A stretch of 63,155 nt of DNA, filler included. It is 5 parts of 5 records of this genome, joined end to end, with 100 filler letters (N's around TTAATTAATTAA, not from the genome) between each part and the next. Parts side by side here need not be neighbours in the genome. Positions count along the whole stretch, not along the records: positions 60,112 to 63,155 come from SRR20825010_4037; 4 more parts are not named here. One strand, written 5' to 3'. Position 1 is the first letter of the stretch. The number at the start of each line of letters is the position of its first letter. The notes under the pieces were generated by a model. The model did not search any database and had not been told where the DNA came from. It worked only from the letters and a program-made list of their open reading frames with translations. The position numbers and the translations under genes were made by a program. Below, one piece after another: positions 61,755 to 63,155 of this stretch.

Positions 61755-62249
61755 ATGCGACAAGACAATCGTATGCCACGCGTTCTGCATGCGCTTTTGC
61801 ATCTTGATCAGATGGATGGCCCCGCCACATCCGATCAGCTTGCCGGGATGCTCAATACCAATCCGGCTGTCGTGCGCCGGACCATGGCGGGATTGCGCGA
61901 TCAGGGGTTTGTAACATCGACCAAGGGGCATGGCGGCGGCTGGCTTCTGGCAAAGCCGCTATCGGAAATTACACTTGCCGGGATTTATAATGCACTGGGC
62001 GCGCCCAAGCTTTTTGCGCTGGGATACAGCAACGACACGTCTGAATGTTTGATGGAACAGGCGGCCAATGCGGCAACGGCAGCCGCCCTTGCGGCCGCAT
62101 CAAAAACATTCCTGCATGCGTTATCGTCTGTGACCATGGCCGATCTTGCCGATGATTTTGAAGTGCGCCTAAAGGAACTTGGCCTGACGCCGGACAATTA
62201 CCGGCAAAGTGACAGCGCCCAAAAAGCCCATACAGGCACCGGGAACTGA
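61755..62249 (+). CDS. Rrf2 family transcriptional regulator
   Basis: VLHALLHL, TS..LA..L.TNPAVVRR, S.KGHGGGW.LA, ITL..IY; single Cys. Confidence 0.92.
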   Translation: MRQDNRMPRVLHALLHLDQMDGPATSDQLAGMLNTNPAVVRRTMAGLRDQGFVTSTKGHGGGWLLAKPLSEITLAGIYNALGAPKLFALGYSNDTSECLMEQAANAATAAALAAASKTFLHALSSVTMADLADDFEVRLKELGLTPDNYRQSDSAQKAHTGTGN

Positions 62250-62702
62250 TCAGCGCAGACTGACAAAGAAGTCTTTCAACAGCTTCCCTGCTTCAACCTC
62301 GCCAATACCGCCATAAACTTCCGGACGGTGATGGCAGGATGAACTTTCAAACACCCGCGGGCCGTGATCAACCCCACCGCCCTTGGGATCATAGGCCCCG
62401 AAATAAACCCGGCGCAGACGGGCAAAGGAAATAGCCGTTGCGCACATCGGGCAGGGTTCGAGCGTGACATACAAATCGCAATTTGGCAGGCGTGGTTCGC
62501 CCTTGGCCCCGGCGGCCGCACGGATCACAAGAATTTCGGCATGCGCCGTTGGATCGTTCATTTCTTCGGTCAGGTTGCCGGCACGTGCAAGTACCTCGCC
62601 CGTGTCGGCATCCACAAGAACAGCGCCGACCGGCACTTCGCCACGGCGGGCTGCTGCGCGGGCTTCTTCAAGGGCCATGTCCATATAGCTATCTGCACTC
62701 AT
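62250..62702 (-). CDS. tadA: tRNA adenosine deaminase
   Basis: GEVPVGAV, DPTAHAE, LYVTLEPCPMC, GAYDPKGG, LLKDFF. Confidence 0.9.
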   Translation of the reverse strand: MSADSYMDMALEEARAAARRGEVPVGAVLVDADTGEVLARAGNLTEEMNDPTAHAEILVIRAAAGAKGEPRLPNCDLYVTLEPCPMCATAISFARLRRVYFGAYDPKGGGVDHGPRVFESSSCHHRPEVYGGIGEVEAGKLLKDFFVSLR

Positions 62703-63011
62703 GATTTTCCATCCCGCTGGTATCGTGGACAAGTGACATGATTTGTCGCACCAGTTCGTTTTTACTTGATTTTAGGACCCATAGCATAGGGTCTGGACCT
62801 ATGGTCATGTCATTGCCATATCAGAGTGCTATTTCGCAGAAGTTCGGTCAAGCCATGATCGCCACACCTTCATCTGATCAAGATCATTGGCAGCCTGCAC
62901 AGAACGCATAGACTATCGGCGTGAATTGCCGTTGCCCTAAACCGGTTACAAAGGTAGTTTCCGCCAACATTAATTCGCCATCTCGTCACCAGCATCAGGG
63001 TTCCATCCGTC

Positions 63012-63155
63012 ATGACCACGCGCAAGCCGATCATTGGCATTACACTCGATTCAGAAGAAGCGGGCGGTTATTCCAAATTTCCGTGGTATGCGCTGCGCGA
63101 AAATTATGCCGGTGCGGTAACCAAAGCGGGCGGCATTCCCATGCCCCTGCCCCAC
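63012..63155 (+). CDS. Gamma-glutamyl-gamma-aminobutyrate hydrolase family (peptidase C26), N-terminal fragment
   Basis: MTTRKPIIGITLDSEEAGGYSKFPWYALRENYAGAVTKAGGIP, read from sequence (absent from the ORF track). Confidence 0.8.
   Translation, partial: MTTRKPIIGITLDSEEAGGYSKFPWYALRENYAGAVTKAGGIPMPLPH

Overview
The window is not one contiguous locus. It is five unrelated contigs joined by 100-nt N spacers, each containing the artificial linker TTAATTAATTAA (26587-26686, 41051-41150, 47456-47555, 60012-60111). Taxon labels are my inference from gene order and protein style. (1) 1-26586, gammaproteobacterial, Alcanivorax-like core genome: 3' end of a tRNA, DUF72, mltF, purL, two hot-dog thioesterases, Nudix and patatin genes, yfjD/ypjD, ffh-rpsP-rimM-trmD-rplS, xerD-dsbC-alaC-hom-thrC and a BCCT transporter. 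(2) 26687-41050, betaproteobacterial, Limnobacter-like: ABC exporter plus DUF1854, flhDC, Hsp20-pxpBCA, a cNMP-CBS-nucleotidyltransferase with a DEDDh nuclease, mnmH and lipid catabolism genes. (3) 41151-47455, alphaproteobacterial: nitronate monooxygenase, TetR/TauD, a yybP-ykoY riboswitch with a UPF0016 exporter, an FNR-box DksA/TraR gene, znuA/zur. (4) 47556-60011, alphaproteobacterial: polar scaffold-like protein, MCE/Mla operon, cytochrome c, CHASE2 pseudo-cyclase, dgcA, TauD. (5) 60112-63155, alphaproteobacterial: opgD/G, methyltransferase/Rrf2, tadA, C26 hydrolase. I found no CRISPR array, prophage or transposase. The most interesting signals are mostly regulatory: a complex 620-bp thrC-BCCT intergenic region (candidate ncRNA, leader peptide, structured leader), two PsrA-type boxes, a ROSE thermometer on an Hsp20 gene overlapping pxpBCA, a 14-bp-periodic operator array, a catalytically degenerate CHASE2 cyclase, and dispersed heptamer/REP repeats.
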